Part shown: positions 19,253 through 28,427 of the stretch, in pieces | How the letters are laid out: each line of letters starts with the position of its first letter | How positions within the stretch are numbered: the stretch's first letter is position 1 | Source: Chloroflexota bacterium | Lineage (GTDB): Bacteria; Chloroflexota; UBA11872; VXOZ01 | Assembly: GCA_964291655.2 (NCBI GenBank) | Contig: OZ219802.1 | Span: 1,184,001 to 1,248,000 of the forward strand | DNA length: 64,000 nt | Reading direction: 5' to 3' | Made by a program: the position numbers and the translations under genes | Notes under the pieces: model-generated | The model's database searches: none | Told to the model about the DNA's origin: nothing | Seen by the model: the letters and a program-made list of their open reading frames with translations, nothing else

Positions 19253-20602
19253 TTGATTGCACAACGTGTCAGCCTGAATAACCTCCTGGCAATCGCGCTC
19301 ACCGCAGCCGCTGCGGCCTATGTCGGCTGGAAGATTAGCCAGTCGCCCGATCAGGCCTTGCAGTTCGCGTTCAATGGTTTGTCCGTTGGAGCCGTATACG
19401 CCATGCTCGCCATGGGGTTTACCCTGGTCTACAGCACGGTCTGGTTCTTCGATCTCTACTATGGCGCGGCGGCTGCGCTCGGCGCGTACGGCGTCTTCTA
19501 CCTGCGGTCGCAAGAGACCCTCGGCGGGCTCTACGCAGTAAACAACGTATTCGTGAATGTCCTGTTCGCCGCGGTGACCGCCGGCGTCGTGGCCTGGGCC
19601 CTCTACGAGAGCCTGTACCCTCGCTTCCGTGCGCGTTTCAGCCCAATTGCTCTGCGCGCTATCCTGGGCCTCTTGGCGGCAGGAGCAGGCGTCTATATGG
19701 GCTATGTACTTTCGTTTCCCAAAGACCTGCACCTCACCCTAAGTCCGGTGATCGCTGTCGGTGTAGCCGTGGCTCTCACCTGGTCTCTGTACCAGGTCTT
19801 GCAGGGAGTTTGCGCCGGCCGCGTATTGCTGGGGCTCGTGAGCGTTACCGGCCTCGTGGCGGCGGCTCTGGGAGCATATTGCGGCTATCTTATCGCCAAC
19901 GCTCCCGATTCAAAGCTCTACTTGAGTTGGGGGCTCTCTTGCTTTCTGGCGGGCATCGTCGGTCTTGCCTTCTATCGGGGGTTATACGTGTACATGCGAG
20001 AGCGGTCGCGGTCGCCCCTCATAATGCTGGTCGCGTCGCTCGGTATCCTGCTGGCTATCACGGCACTCACGAGCATTGTCTTCGAAAGCACGCCACGCCC
20101 GCTGCCTGAGGCGCTTGGCAACGATCCGTTGGCCATCGCCGGGGCGACCATCAAAGGCTTCAACGTCTTCACCGTGGGTGTGGCGCTCGTAGGCTTCTTG
20201 TTTCTGCAGTTTCTACTCAAGCAGACCGCCTTCGGCAAGGCAGTGCGCGCAATTGGCGATGATGAAGAAGTCTCGAAAGTGGTGGGCATTAATACTACCA
20301 CGGTCATTGCCGTCGTCTTCTTCATCGGCGCAATCTATGCCGCCATGGCCGGACTGCTGAGCGGCCATGACACAGCCATTCAGCCCAGAATGGGATTATT
20401 GCTCCTCTTGAAAGGCTGGATCGCCTCTGTGGTCGGCGGTATCGGCAACCTGCAAGGCGCCATTGTTGGCGGGTTCGTGCTGGGCATGATCGAGCAGTTC
20501 GGCATCTGGGACTTAGCAGGCGAATGGAGAGACGTCATCTCCTTCATACTCCTTATTCTCTTCCTTTCCTTCTGGCCCACGGGCCTTCTGCCGAGGAAGT
20601 AG
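19253..20602 (+). CDS. livH: Branched-chain ABC permease (LivH-like) with an internal hydrophobic insertion
   Basis: NGLSVGAVYAMLAMGFTLVY, FGKAVRAI..GIN and VVGGIGN..GA motifs. Confidence 0.8.
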   Translation: MIAQRVSLNNLLAIALTAAAAAYVGWKISQSPDQALQFAFNGLSVGAVYAMLAMGFTLVYSTVWFFDLYYGAAAALGAYGVFYLRSQETLGGLYAVNNVFVNVLFAAVTAGVVAWALYESLYPRFRARFSPIALRAILGLLAAGAGVYMGYVLSFPKDLHLTLSPVIAVGVAVALTWSLYQVLQGVCAGRVLLGLVSVTGLVAAALGAYCGYLIANAPDSKLYLSWGLSCFLAGIVGLAFYRGLYVYMRERSRSPLIMLVASLGILLAITALTSIVFESTPRPLPEALGNDPLAIAGATIKGFNVFTVGVALVGFLFLQFLLKQTAFGKAVRAIGDDEEVSKVVGINTTTVIAVVFFIGAIYAAMAGLLSGHDTAIQPRMGLLLLLKGWIASVVGGIGNLQGAIVGGFVLGMIEQFGIWDLAGEWRDVISFILLILFLSFWPTGLLPRK

Positions 20603-20608
20603 GCGCGC

Positions 20609-21664
20609 ATGCAGACAAACGCAGAGAGCAGCAGCAAGCCCACGCGGCTTCTTGGCAATCCTCAGGCACTCCTGGCATCCGCCAAGGGCAACCTGGAACT
20701 GTGGGCAAATCTGCTCATTATCGCCTGGGCGCTTGGTTTCATGCTGTGGCAAGGGGTGGGGTTCGCCATTACGGTGGGCACCGTCTTTGCCATCTGGGCG
20801 ATACTCAGCGTCAGCCTGAACCTCGTCGTGGGGTTTACCGGCTTGCTCTCGGTGGGCCACGTTGGCTTCTTCGGTATCGGCGCGTACACCGTGGCGATCC
20901 TCACCTCGCGGGCTGAGTACGAACAACTGCGCACCGAAGCCATCCCCACGTTTGGCTGGCCCTTCTTCGCGGCGCTGCCTGTGGGCGTACTGCTCGCCGG
21001 GATTGTCGCCATTGCAGTGGGCGTGGTGTTTAATCGCTTCCGAGACGATATCTACGTGCTCGTCTCATTTGGATTTGCCATTATCAGCTTCAACATCTTC
21101 TTGAATTGGCGGGGGCTCACGCGTGGAGCGTTCGGCATTCACGAAATTGCCCGGCCGGCGGTAGGTGGCTGGGCGCTCGACGACGAATTAGGATTCCTCA
21201 TATTCGCCCTCGCAATTCTCGCGATCGTCGTGCTGCTTTCCTGGCTCATCGTGACCTCCTCGTTCGGTCGCGTGCTCACCGCCATCCGCGAGGACGAGGA
21301 GGCGATTGCGGTATTTGGCTTCCGGACTACCCACTATAAGCTCGCAGTGTGGACAATATCGGCCATGATGGCAGGTCTGGCCGGCGGGCTCTTTGCAAGC
21401 TGGACAACGTTTGTAGACCCGAATTCATTCATTTTGCTTGAATCAATGCTGCTGGTCGCTATCGTGATTCTTGGTGGGCTGGCCACCATATGGGGTTCGC
21501 TTCTCGGCGCCATGACCTTTGTGCTTTTAGAAGAGGGCATGCGCTTCCTGCCGTTCCTGCCCACTATTCACGTCGGCCAAGCGCGGCTGGTCGTGCTGGG
21601 CATACTGTTAGTGCTGTTGATGCTCTTCCGGCCTCAGGGCCTGGTTGGGAGGTATAAGTTATGA
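20609..21664 (+). CDS. livM: Branched-chain ABC permease (LivM-like)
   Basis: SLNLVVGFTGLLSVGH, FGRVLTAIREDE and RPQGL motifs. Confidence 0.85.
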   Translation: MQTNAESSSKPTRLLGNPQALLASAKGNLELWANLLIIAWALGFMLWQGVGFAITVGTVFAIWAILSVSLNLVVGFTGLLSVGHVGFFGIGAYTVAILTSRAEYEQLRTEAIPTFGWPFFAALPVGVLLAGIVAIAVGVVFNRFRDDIYVLVSFGFAIISFNIFLNWRGLTRGAFGIHEIARPAVGGWALDDELGFLIFALAILAIVVLLSWLIVTSSFGRVLTAIREDEEAIAVFGFRTTHYKLAVWTISAMMAGLAGGLFASWTTFVDPNSFILLESMLLVAIVILGGLATIWGSLLGAMTFVLLEEGMRFLPFLPTIHVGQARLVVLGILLVLLMLFRPQGLVGRYKL

Positions 21665-22422
21665 GACCCGGTGCTGAACAAATCGACGATCCGTATGTCA
21701 TTCAGACGGATAGCATTTCCAAGAATTTTGGCGCAGTGCGGGCCGTGCGGAAACTTTCCATTTCCATTCCCAAGCGGGGCCTGACCAGCATCGCCGGGCC
21801 GAATGGTTCGGGAAAGTCCACGTTGGTTAACCTCCTGAGCGGCGTACTGCCGCTGGACGGAGGCATCGTCATTGTAGCCGGCACCAGCCTGAAGGTGGTA
21901 AAAGCCCACGACAATCCCGCCTTCGGCTTGACCCGCACGTTCCAGGAAGTGCGGCTCTTCGATCAGGTCACCGTGTGGAACAACATCATGGTGGTGCTGT
22001 CCGAACGCGGACCCTTTCGCGCGCTGCTGGAGCGCGTAAAGCCCGCGCAACGGGATAAGGTGCGCGGCATCTTGGAGAACGTCGGCCTCTGGGATAAGCG
22101 GGATGCCCTGGCCATGAATCTTTCCTACGGTCAGCGCAAGCTATTGGAAATCGGCCGCGCTATGGCTATGGAGGCCGATATCTACCTCTTCGACGAGCCC
22201 TTTGCCGGCCTCTTCCCCGAGATGGTGGAGAAGGTGAAGGAAATCATGAACCGGATGCGGGAGCAGGGCGACACCATCGTCTTCATTTCCCACAATATGG
22301 ATATCGTGCGCGAGCTTTCCGATCACCTTATTATCCTGGATAGCGGCAGCCTGCTTGCGGAAGGAGCGGTAGACGAGGTATTGAGCCGCCCGAAGGTGAT
22401 CGAAGCTTACTTGGGAGCGTGA
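21661..22422 (+). CDS. livG: Branched-chain ABC ATP-binding protein (LivG-like)
   Basis: GPNGSGKST, RTFQ, LSYGQRKLLEI, DEPFAG and C-terminal VIEAYLG. Confidence 0.88.
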   Translation: MRPGAEQIDDPYVIQTDSISKNFGAVRAVRKLSISIPKRGLTSIAGPNGSGKSTLVNLLSGVLPLDGGIVIVAGTSLKVVKAHDNPAFGLTRTFQEVRLFDQVTVWNNIMVVLSERGPFRALLERVKPAQRDKVRGILENVGLWDKRDALAMNLSYGQRKLLEIGRAMAMEADIYLFDEPFAGLFPEMVEKVKEIMNRMREQGDTIVFISHNMDIVRELSDHLIILDSGSLLAEGAVDEVLSRPKVIEAYLGA

Positions 22423-22718
22423 ATTCAAGCGACGAGTGTGTTAGAAAGCTCTCGATGGTGATGAACTGAAGCTACAGGCAGGTTCCTATTCCCTGACTGT
22501 TGCCAATGCTGGAATACTCTAGTAGCAGAAAAACACCTGAAACGGCCTATAGAACAAACGCCACTCCTGCCTCGGGGAGAGGGCCGGGGTGAGGGAAAAA
22601 CTCCAGAGCACTTTCAAATTCCTTTAGCATCCGCCGCACATTCAAATCGCGAGAAACTCGATCCAGGACAACACAATGGGCACCCCCACAACCAACTAAT
22701 CAGGGGAATTAGTAGAAC

Positions 22719-22747
22719 TTGACTTAATGGTGTCTTGTGTCTAGTCT
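22719..22747 (+). promoter_or_regulatory. Sigma70-like promoter at the left end of the IS1595 element, facing the passenger genes
   Basis: TTGACT-N17-TAGTCT. Confidence 0.55.
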
Positions 22748-22891
22748 ATGGGGTGCCACAGTTTGATACGTACGCGAGCCCGGTAGGAGCACACCGCAGG
22801 TTTAGGATATTCATGTCTCCTTGCGGCTCGCGTGCTAGGTTTCAAACTGTGGCAAGTCTAAAACCTTCAGTGTGTCGCAAGGAGGCACCTC

Positions 22892-23539
22892 ATGACTAGC
22901 ATACTGCGTCGTTCCTTGATTATATTGGCAGTGCTGCTATTAGTCACCCCAGCAGCATTGTTTGCACAGTCCGAGACTGCGTCCGAGATTATCGATCTGA
23001 TCTTCTCCGATGACGAATCCAAGATTACGATCTCGGAGACCATCGAGACCAACGCCCGGGTTGCCTTTACCCATGACGGCCAGGACTACGTCATACGCGT
23101 GCCGGTCACGATTGCTGTGGACGAGACGCTCCCCCTCTTGGATAACGTGAGCTCCACGACCAGCGCTGCTCGCGTTGGGGTGTTTGCCATCGAGGTTACG
23201 GGGATAGACGAGACTGAAGACGAAATCACCGTAGGCTACTTTGACTACGCTCCCAGCGAAGGCAACAAGCTCGTCGGCGTGTTCTTCACACTTACGAATA
23301 TCAGCCAGTCACCTCATCGCTTCGCCCAGTGGTCAAGTGATGGCGTAGTCGTCGGCATCGACGACCTGGGGCAGCGGTACGATACGGCGGAGCTCCTCGG
23401 ATGCGAGGAAGTGAATCCAGGCAGCAAGGTAGAGTGCCTTGCTCTATTCGACGTGAAACTGGATGTGACGCTTTCCTCAATGGACATCCAGGCAATCGAT
23501 CAACTAACCGTGACGCTGGAGGAAGCGTCTAATGAGTAA
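22892..23539 (+). CDS. Exported protein with a DUF4352-like Ig-fold C-terminal domain (IS passenger)
   Basis: AGGAGG RBS, signal peptide, APSEGNKLVGVFFTLTN..DDLGQRY..VNPG..FDV pattern. Confidence 0.6.
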   Translation: MTSILRRSLIILAVLLLVTPAALFAQSETASEIIDLIFSDDESKITISETIETNARVAFTHDGQDYVIRVPVTIAVDETLPLLDNVSSTTSAARVGVFAIEVTGIDETEDEITVGYFDYAPSEGNKLVGVFFTLTNISQSPHRFAQWSSDGVVVGIDDLGQRYDTAELLGCEEVNPGSKVECLALFDVKLDVTLSSMDIQAIDQLTVTLEEASNE

Positions 23540-23789
23540 CCCGATCAACCGGACGGAGCGCGTCGAATTGAAAAGCGGTTGGCTCAAACTTGGGGAAAGC
23601 CAGGGGCGCGCCGTAGACCGTGTCATCGAGCGCATGAATGAGGATGGTTACCGACTAGTCTTTATTACTGAGGACAGGTGGTCGTTTGGCAAGAAGCTCG
23701 GTACCTTTCTCTTGTTTTGTATCTCGTTCGGATTCCGAGGGCGGAAACCAAGCGTCTTGATCGTCGGGGAACGCATCATCGAGGATTAA
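23532..23789 (+). CDS. Small DUF4177-like hypothetical protein (IS passenger)
   Basis: Overlaps the upstream stop; ERMNEDGYRLV..LIVGER pattern and a hydrophobic stretch. Confidence 0.55.
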   Translation: MSNPINRTERVELKSGWLKLGESQGRAVDRVIERMNEDGYRLVFITEDRWSFGKKLGTFLLFCISFGFRGRKPSVLIVGERIIED

Positions 23790-23811
23790 TGCTACACTTG
23801 GAATAGGCGTA

Positions 23812-23911
23812 TAAAGAACACGCCCTCGGTGCTGATAACACCGAGGGCAACCCTCCCGAAGGAGTTGTATCTAGATATGTTTATCGTAGACAGCGCATTC
23901 CCTATTGTCAA
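23812..23911 (-). ncRNA. Putative ~65-nt antisense small RNA (coordinates include its promoter)
   Basis: TTGACA (23911-23906)-N17-TACGAT (23888-23883) on the minus strand, then a 10-bp perfect hairpin 23822-23848 and a short U-rich tail. Confidence 0.45.
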
Positions 23912-24027
23912 GAATCCCGCTCTTGACCGTGCCCGGCGTTGATCGAGGGCGGGGTCCTACTGGTAAGCGGTGTGGTTGTGCTTGCCGTATTCCTGTACTT
24001 GTGGATTCAAGAGAATCTAAACACTGA

Positions 24028-24231
24028 TTAGTCCTCTGTTTCTTCAATCCACCAATCCGCTATTCTTCCGGTGAACTTGCCGACAATCTCCCCGTCGCGT
24101 TTCAGTGTGACGTACTTCAAATTGAGGTCGCTCTCGGTACAAATCGTGTCCGCATGAACGAGGGCTTCCGGTTTGTCGTCAATGCGTATATGGTAGATGC
24201 GCTTCTTAGGTTCTTCCGTTGTCGGCGTCAT
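24028..24231 (-). CDS. Small hypothetical protein directly downstream of the IS1595 transposase
   Basis: ATG immediately follows the transposase stop; GGAG upstream; globular composition. Confidence 0.6.
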   Translation of the reverse strand: MTPTTEEPKKRIYHIRIDDKPEALVHADTICTESDLNLKYVTLKRDGEIVGKFTGRIADWWIEETED

Positions 24232-25092
24232 TTACGCTACTCCCATCGCTCGCTGCATGAAGTCGCTAAAGGGCGTTTCCGATTCCCTAGTATTGTACTT
24301 GTAGCTTGCCTCGTCAATATAGCGGTCTGCCCACTCTATCGTGTAGTGGTGGTGCTGGCCGGAGATAGCGCGCTTCACCAGCGCCCAGAAGCCCTCGATG
24401 GTGTTCGTGTGAATCTCGCCATCAACGTACCGCTTGGAGTGGTTGATCCGCTTGTGGCTGATCCAGTCGTGGGCATCGTTGTAGACGGAGTACATGTCGG
24501 TAATGAGCATGGCGCGTGGGTCAACGTTCCGGCGCAGGAATGCGTTGATGAGTTTGGAAGTGACACGGGGAGACGGCTCCGCTCTTACTTTGCCGTCGCG
24601 CTCGACTACGCCGACCACGGGAGTTTTCTTGCTTGGTCGGCGTTGCCCTGGCGTTTTGGGGCCGCGCGGCTTGCCACCTATGTAGGTCTCGTCAGCTTCC
24701 ACGATGCCCCGGAGGAACGCGCCGTCCTCTTTCATGGCTTTGCGGATTCGCATCGCCATGTACCATGCCGTTTTCTGATTCAGGTCTAGGTCGCGGGCAA
24801 GCTGGCAACTGGATACTGACTTCTTGGCGTTCAGCAGAATCGCGATTGCCGCGAACCACTTAGGGAGCGGTATCTTGGTTCCCTGGAAGATGGTACCGGA
24901 AGTGACCTTGAACGCTGACAGGCAGTTGTGGCAGTTCCAGCGGCCTACGCCGGCATTGTTCTTGATGCGCCGCGCCACTTCCAAACTCTGGCAGTAGGGG
25001 CAGTAGGGCTTGCCTTGCCACTTCACCTTTTCAAGCAGATCGATGCACGAATCTTGGTTGCCGAATTGCTGGACGATGCTGATTACGTTCAT
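24232..25092 (-). CDS. IS1595-family DDE transposase
   Basis: CPYC..CHNC zinc ribbon, VEADETY, LITD and HTNTIEGFW motifs; AGGAGG RBS. Confidence 0.95.
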   Translation of the reverse strand: MNVISIVQQFGNQDSCIDLLEKVKWQGKPYCPYCQSLEVARRIKNNAGVGRWNCHNCLSAFKVTSGTIFQGTKIPLPKWFAAIAILLNAKKSVSSCQLARDLDLNQKTAWYMAMRIRKAMKEDGAFLRGIVEADETYIGGKPRGPKTPGQRRPSKKTPVVGVVERDGKVRAEPSPRVTSKLINAFLRRNVDPRAMLITDMYSVYNDAHDWISHKRINHSKRYVDGEIHTNTIEGFWALVKRAISGQHHHYTIEWADRYIDEASYKYNTRESETPFSDFMQRAMGVA

Positions 25093-25112
25093 GACTTCTA
25101 CCTCCTAAAGAC

Positions 25113-25141
25113 ATTGTACTAAATGCCGTTTAGGTAGTCAA
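25113..25141 (-). promoter_or_regulatory. Sigma70-like promoter of the IS1595 transposase
   Basis: TTGACT-N17-TACAAT followed by AGGAGG and ATG. Confidence 0.7.
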
Positions 25142-25199
25142 GTCTTATTCTACTAATTCCCCTAATCAGGAACCATTCCTGCCCCCTCTCCTCGGGGAG

Positions 25200-26464
25200 T
25201 GTACAGACTGGGCTGATAGGTAACAGGTGTTCGGGTTGATAGGTTACACATTTTGTTCTCTGAGGTCTATGGTTTTGATGCGTTGTATTGAGAAGTGCAC
25301 GTTCCAGATGCCGTCGGTTTGGGCAGGCCTGAGTGCGACCTGTTTGTGGGTGAAGGCCCTGCCCACACGGAGCCGTCTGCCCTGGAAGGAGATGCGACCG
25401 GAGACATCGACGCTGCGCACGTGGTCGTCAGGAGCGTAGTCGAGGGCAGGCAACGTCTCAGGGAAGGGGCGCGGACTAGGCGTGTATCTGGTGATGGGTG
25501 TGTCGAGATCGAGGGCATGATGGGGGCGTTCCAAGTTGTAGAAGTCGCGCCAGGTGTCGAAGGCGCCCTGGCAGTGCTCCAGGTCGGTGAAGCTGGTTCC
25601 TGCCAGCAGTTCGCTCTTGAGCGAGCGGTGGAAGCGTTCCAGCTTGCCGAGTGTCTGGGGATGATAGGGTCTACTGTGGAGCACGCTGATGCCCAGCTGC
25701 ATGAGCCAGACGGTGAGGGGCGTAAAAGGCTGGGCACTGTCGTTGCCCCAGGGGGAGCCGTTATCCATGAGCATGGCCTGGGGCAGGCCGTAGCGCCGAA
25801 AGACAGTGGTGAGGCGGTCTTGAACCGTCTCTCCCCGCTCGTTGGCGCAGGCCTGTAAACCTAGGTTGAAGCGGGAATGATCGTCCAGGAGGGTAAGCGG
25901 ATGGCAGCGGTTCTGCTGCATGACGAAATGTCCCTTGAAGTCCATCTGCCACAGCTCGTTGGGCTGGGGTCGTTCGAAGCGCACATGGGGCGTGTGCTTG
26001 GCGCTCTGGGCTGGATCGATGAGCCCATGGCGTTTGAGAATGGCATTGATGGTGCTCTTGGCCGGCACGTCGGTATGCCCCTGGTCCTGCAGCATTCTGC
26101 GCAGCACATGGGCGCCCTTCGTAGGATGCGCCAGACGCAGCGCGATGATGCGTTCCTCCATCGCCGGGCGCGTGCGGTGCGGACACGTGTGCGTGCGGTG
26201 CGAACGGTCACGCAGGCTCTGCGCTCCCCCCGACGCGTACCGCCGCAACCACTTGTAGCCAGTCTTGCGGCTGATGTTGAACCGACCGCACAATTCGCTC
26301 ATTCTCACCGCGCCACTATTGGCCAGAGCAATAAACTCTTCCCGGGCAGACATAAGCGTTTCCACCTTCCACGACATGGTCATCCTCCCGCTGCAAGATT
26401 CTCCATGCCTATAGGTGTAACCTATCAACCCGAACAAGCGTTACCCATCAACCCGGTCTATACA
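25200..26464 (-). mobile_element. IS481-family insertion sequence, copy 1
   Basis: TGTACAGAC..GTCTATACA ends with doubled internal repeats; GGGAG duplication; target is a CCCTCTCC..GGGGAGAGGG REP. Confidence 0.92.
25244..26377 (-). CDS. IS481-family transposase
   Basis: MSWK start after GGGAGG; HTH, WQMDFKG, DDHSRF, DNG and GKLERFHR motifs. Confidence 0.93.
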   Translation of the reverse strand: MSWKVETLMSAREEFIALANSGAVRMSELCGRFNISRKTGYKWLRRYASGGAQSLRDRSHRTHTCPHRTRPAMEERIIALRLAHPTKGAHVLRRMLQDQGHTDVPAKSTINAILKRHGLIDPAQSAKHTPHVRFERPQPNELWQMDFKGHFVMQQNRCHPLTLLDDHSRFNLGLQACANERGETVQDRLTTVFRRYGLPQAMLMDNGSPWGNDSAQPFTPLTVWLMQLGISVLHSRPYHPQTLGKLERFHRSLKSELLAGTSFTDLEHCQGAFDTWRDFYNLERPHHALDLDTPITRYTPSPRPFPETLPALDYAPDDHVRSVDVSGRISFQGRRLRVGRAFTHKQVALRPAQTDGIWNVHFSIQRIKTIDLREQNV

Positions 26465-26719
26465 GGGAGAGGGCCGGGGTGAGGGGAAAACTCCAGAGCA
26501 CTATCAGATTGCAGAAGCACCCGCCGCGCACTCAAACCTCAAGAATCTCGACTAAGGACAACACAATGGGTACCCCCACATCCAACTAACCAGGGACCAC
26601 TCCTACCCCCTCTCCTCGGGGAGAGGGCCGGGGTGAGGGGATATCTTCAGAGTACTATCAGATTGCAAAAGCACACGCCACAAACTCAATCCGCGAGAAT
26701 CTCGAGCTAGGACTTCACA

Positions 26720-27514
26720 ATGGATACTCCACAAGAGACAGCCCAGGCGCAGGACCCCAATCCGCCTGCTGCCGGTACCATCACGAACGACGCGCCCATT
26801 CTCGAGCTCTCCGGCATCTCCGTGCACTACGGCGCCGTGGTCGCGCTCAATGACGTTTCGCTGGGGGTGCGCCGCGGCGAGGTGGTGGCTGTGATGGGCC
26901 CTAACGGCGCCGGCAAGTCCACGGTGCTCAAGGCTGTCATGGGGCTGGCGCCCGTGGTTTCGGGTGAAGTCCTGTGGCGGCGGGAACGGCTGGCGGCAAA
27001 GACCCACGAGATCGTGAAAGAAGGCATTGCATTCGTGCCACAGGGCCGGCGCGTCTTCACGCATCTCACCATCCAGGAGAACCTGGAAATGGGCTGCCTC
27101 CACTTGAAAGACAAGGCGGAGAAACAGCGCCGTCTCGAGTCAGTGATGCGGATCTTTCCAATCTTGGAAAGCAAGCGCCGCGACCTCGCCAGCGCGATGT
27201 CCGGCGGACAGCAGCAGATGCTCGCCCTGGGCCGCGGCCTCATGGCCGGTCCCGACGTGCTCCTGCTCGATGAACCCACCCTCGGCCTGGCGCCCATCGT
27301 GGTCAAAGAGGTCTTCGAGCGCGTATCCGAGATCAGCGAACGGCTCAAGACCACGATCATGATCGTGGAGCACAACATCAAAGGCGTGCTCGACATCGTC
27401 GACCGCGCCTACGTCCTCGATAAAGGCCGCGTCGTCTTCACCGGCACCCCCGACACCATCCGCGAAACCGACATCCTCACCCAAGTCTTCCTCGGCAAAT
27501 CAGGTGCGAGCTAG
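26720..27514 (+). CDS. livF: Branched-chain ABC ATP-binding protein (LivF-like)
   Basis: GPNGAGKST, VPQGRRVF, MSGGQQQMLALGR and LLLDEPTLGLAP motifs. Confidence 0.92.
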   Translation: MDTPQETAQAQDPNPPAAGTITNDAPILELSGISVHYGAVVALNDVSLGVRRGEVVAVMGPNGAGKSTVLKAVMGLAPVVSGEVLWRRERLAAKTHEIVKEGIAFVPQGRRVFTHLTIQENLEMGCLHLKDKAEKQRRLESVMRIFPILESKRRDLASAMSGGQQQMLALGRGLMAGPDVLLLDEPTLGLAPIVVKEVFERVSEISERLKTTIMIVEHNIKGVLDIVDRAYVLDKGRVVFTGTPDTIRETDILTQVFLGKSGAS

Positions 27515-27764
27515 CCTAGATAGCGAGGTAATTGAAGAATCTGTCGCTATGCGCGGAATGTACAATTGATCCAAAAGGGAGTCTCGACCACGCGGTGCGC
27601 GGATCATCGCTATGAGGATGCTTAGAGAGTAGTGGGAGCGGCACGCCAGAGCTGAAGGCCTGCTACGCGATAGGAACAAGAGAGTCAAGTAGCAGTGTTC
27701 TTGGATGAGGAGTGAATTGAGACGCTGGCGGAGGGCTGAGGATTAGGGGAGGAGGGAGACGAAG

Positions 27765-28253
27765 ATGATGGACTCGATAGTCCAAGGTGCCATAGCTGGC
27801 CTCATCGCGGCATTAGCAACGACGTTCATTCTTGGCGCAGCAAGGGTCGTTTACAATGGGTTGGAGAGGCACCGAGAGGCAAGAATCATTCGTGAGATAC
27901 TCGTTGAAGGAAGCAAGCTCGTCTTAGAAACGGAGGATGCACCTGTTGAGAATATGCAGGCTGTCCTGCCAGCAGATAAACTACGCGCAGCGCGGTACAA
28001 TCGAATGCTAAAGAAGGTTGGGTTTGCCCTTGAGAAACGAGTGAAGCATTTGAGAATTGACCAGATAGAAGAACTGTATTATGCCTTAGACTGGCACAAC
28101 ACTGAAGGTTTGCACGTTACCAAGCGTACTGATGGTAGAATCGAATTCCACAATGTCCCTGACGGGCAATGGCCCGGGACAACGATGACGACTGAGATCG
28201 CAAAGCATAGATTTGAGCAGATTCAAGCTGTTTCATGGCTCAATTTGATCTAA
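27765..28253 (+). CDS. Hypothetical protein with an N-terminal membrane anchor
   Basis: GGAGG RBS, hydrophobic N-terminus, 162-aa ORF. Confidence 0.6.
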   Translation: MMDSIVQGAIAGLIAALATTFILGAARVVYNGLERHREARIIREILVEGSKLVLETEDAPVENMQAVLPADKLRAARYNRMLKKVGFALEKRVKHLRIDQIEELYYALDWHNTEGLHVTKRTDGRIEFHNVPDGQWPGTTMTTEIAKHRFEQIQAVSWLNLI

Positions 28254-28427
28254 TTGCGGAATCCCTGGCCTTTACCGGGGGTTCCGCTATAGCAGCTATT
28301 CCTGCCTGGCCCAATATTCAAAGCAAGTACGTTAGTTTCAAGTATTGTACACTGGACGCGTTGCATGCATACGCTTTGTCGGCACAAATGCCGATTACAG
28401 CCGCATCAATGCAGTGGAAGTGTCTCC

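Larger units (their letters stand above)
22704..25161 (-). mobile_element. IS1595-family element (2458 bp) with passenger genes
   Basis: TIRs gggaattagtagaa / ttctactaattccc; exact 8-bp duplication CTAATCAG at 22696-22703 and 25162-25169. Confidence 0.92.
22561..26732 (+). repeat. Three ~150-bp tandem units (REP plus livF RBS/start), interrupted by IS1595 and IS481 elements
   Basis: Units start at 22561, 25173 and 26597: cca(c/t)tcct..ggggagagggccggggtgaggg..cagag(c/t)act..aggac..cacaATGg. Confidence 0.8.

Noticed and set aside
25200-25250. Tn7-like or CAST ends (TGT..ACA with repeated binding sites)
   Set aside because: The ends enclose a single IS481-type transposase, and no tnsC/tniQ or cas genes are present.
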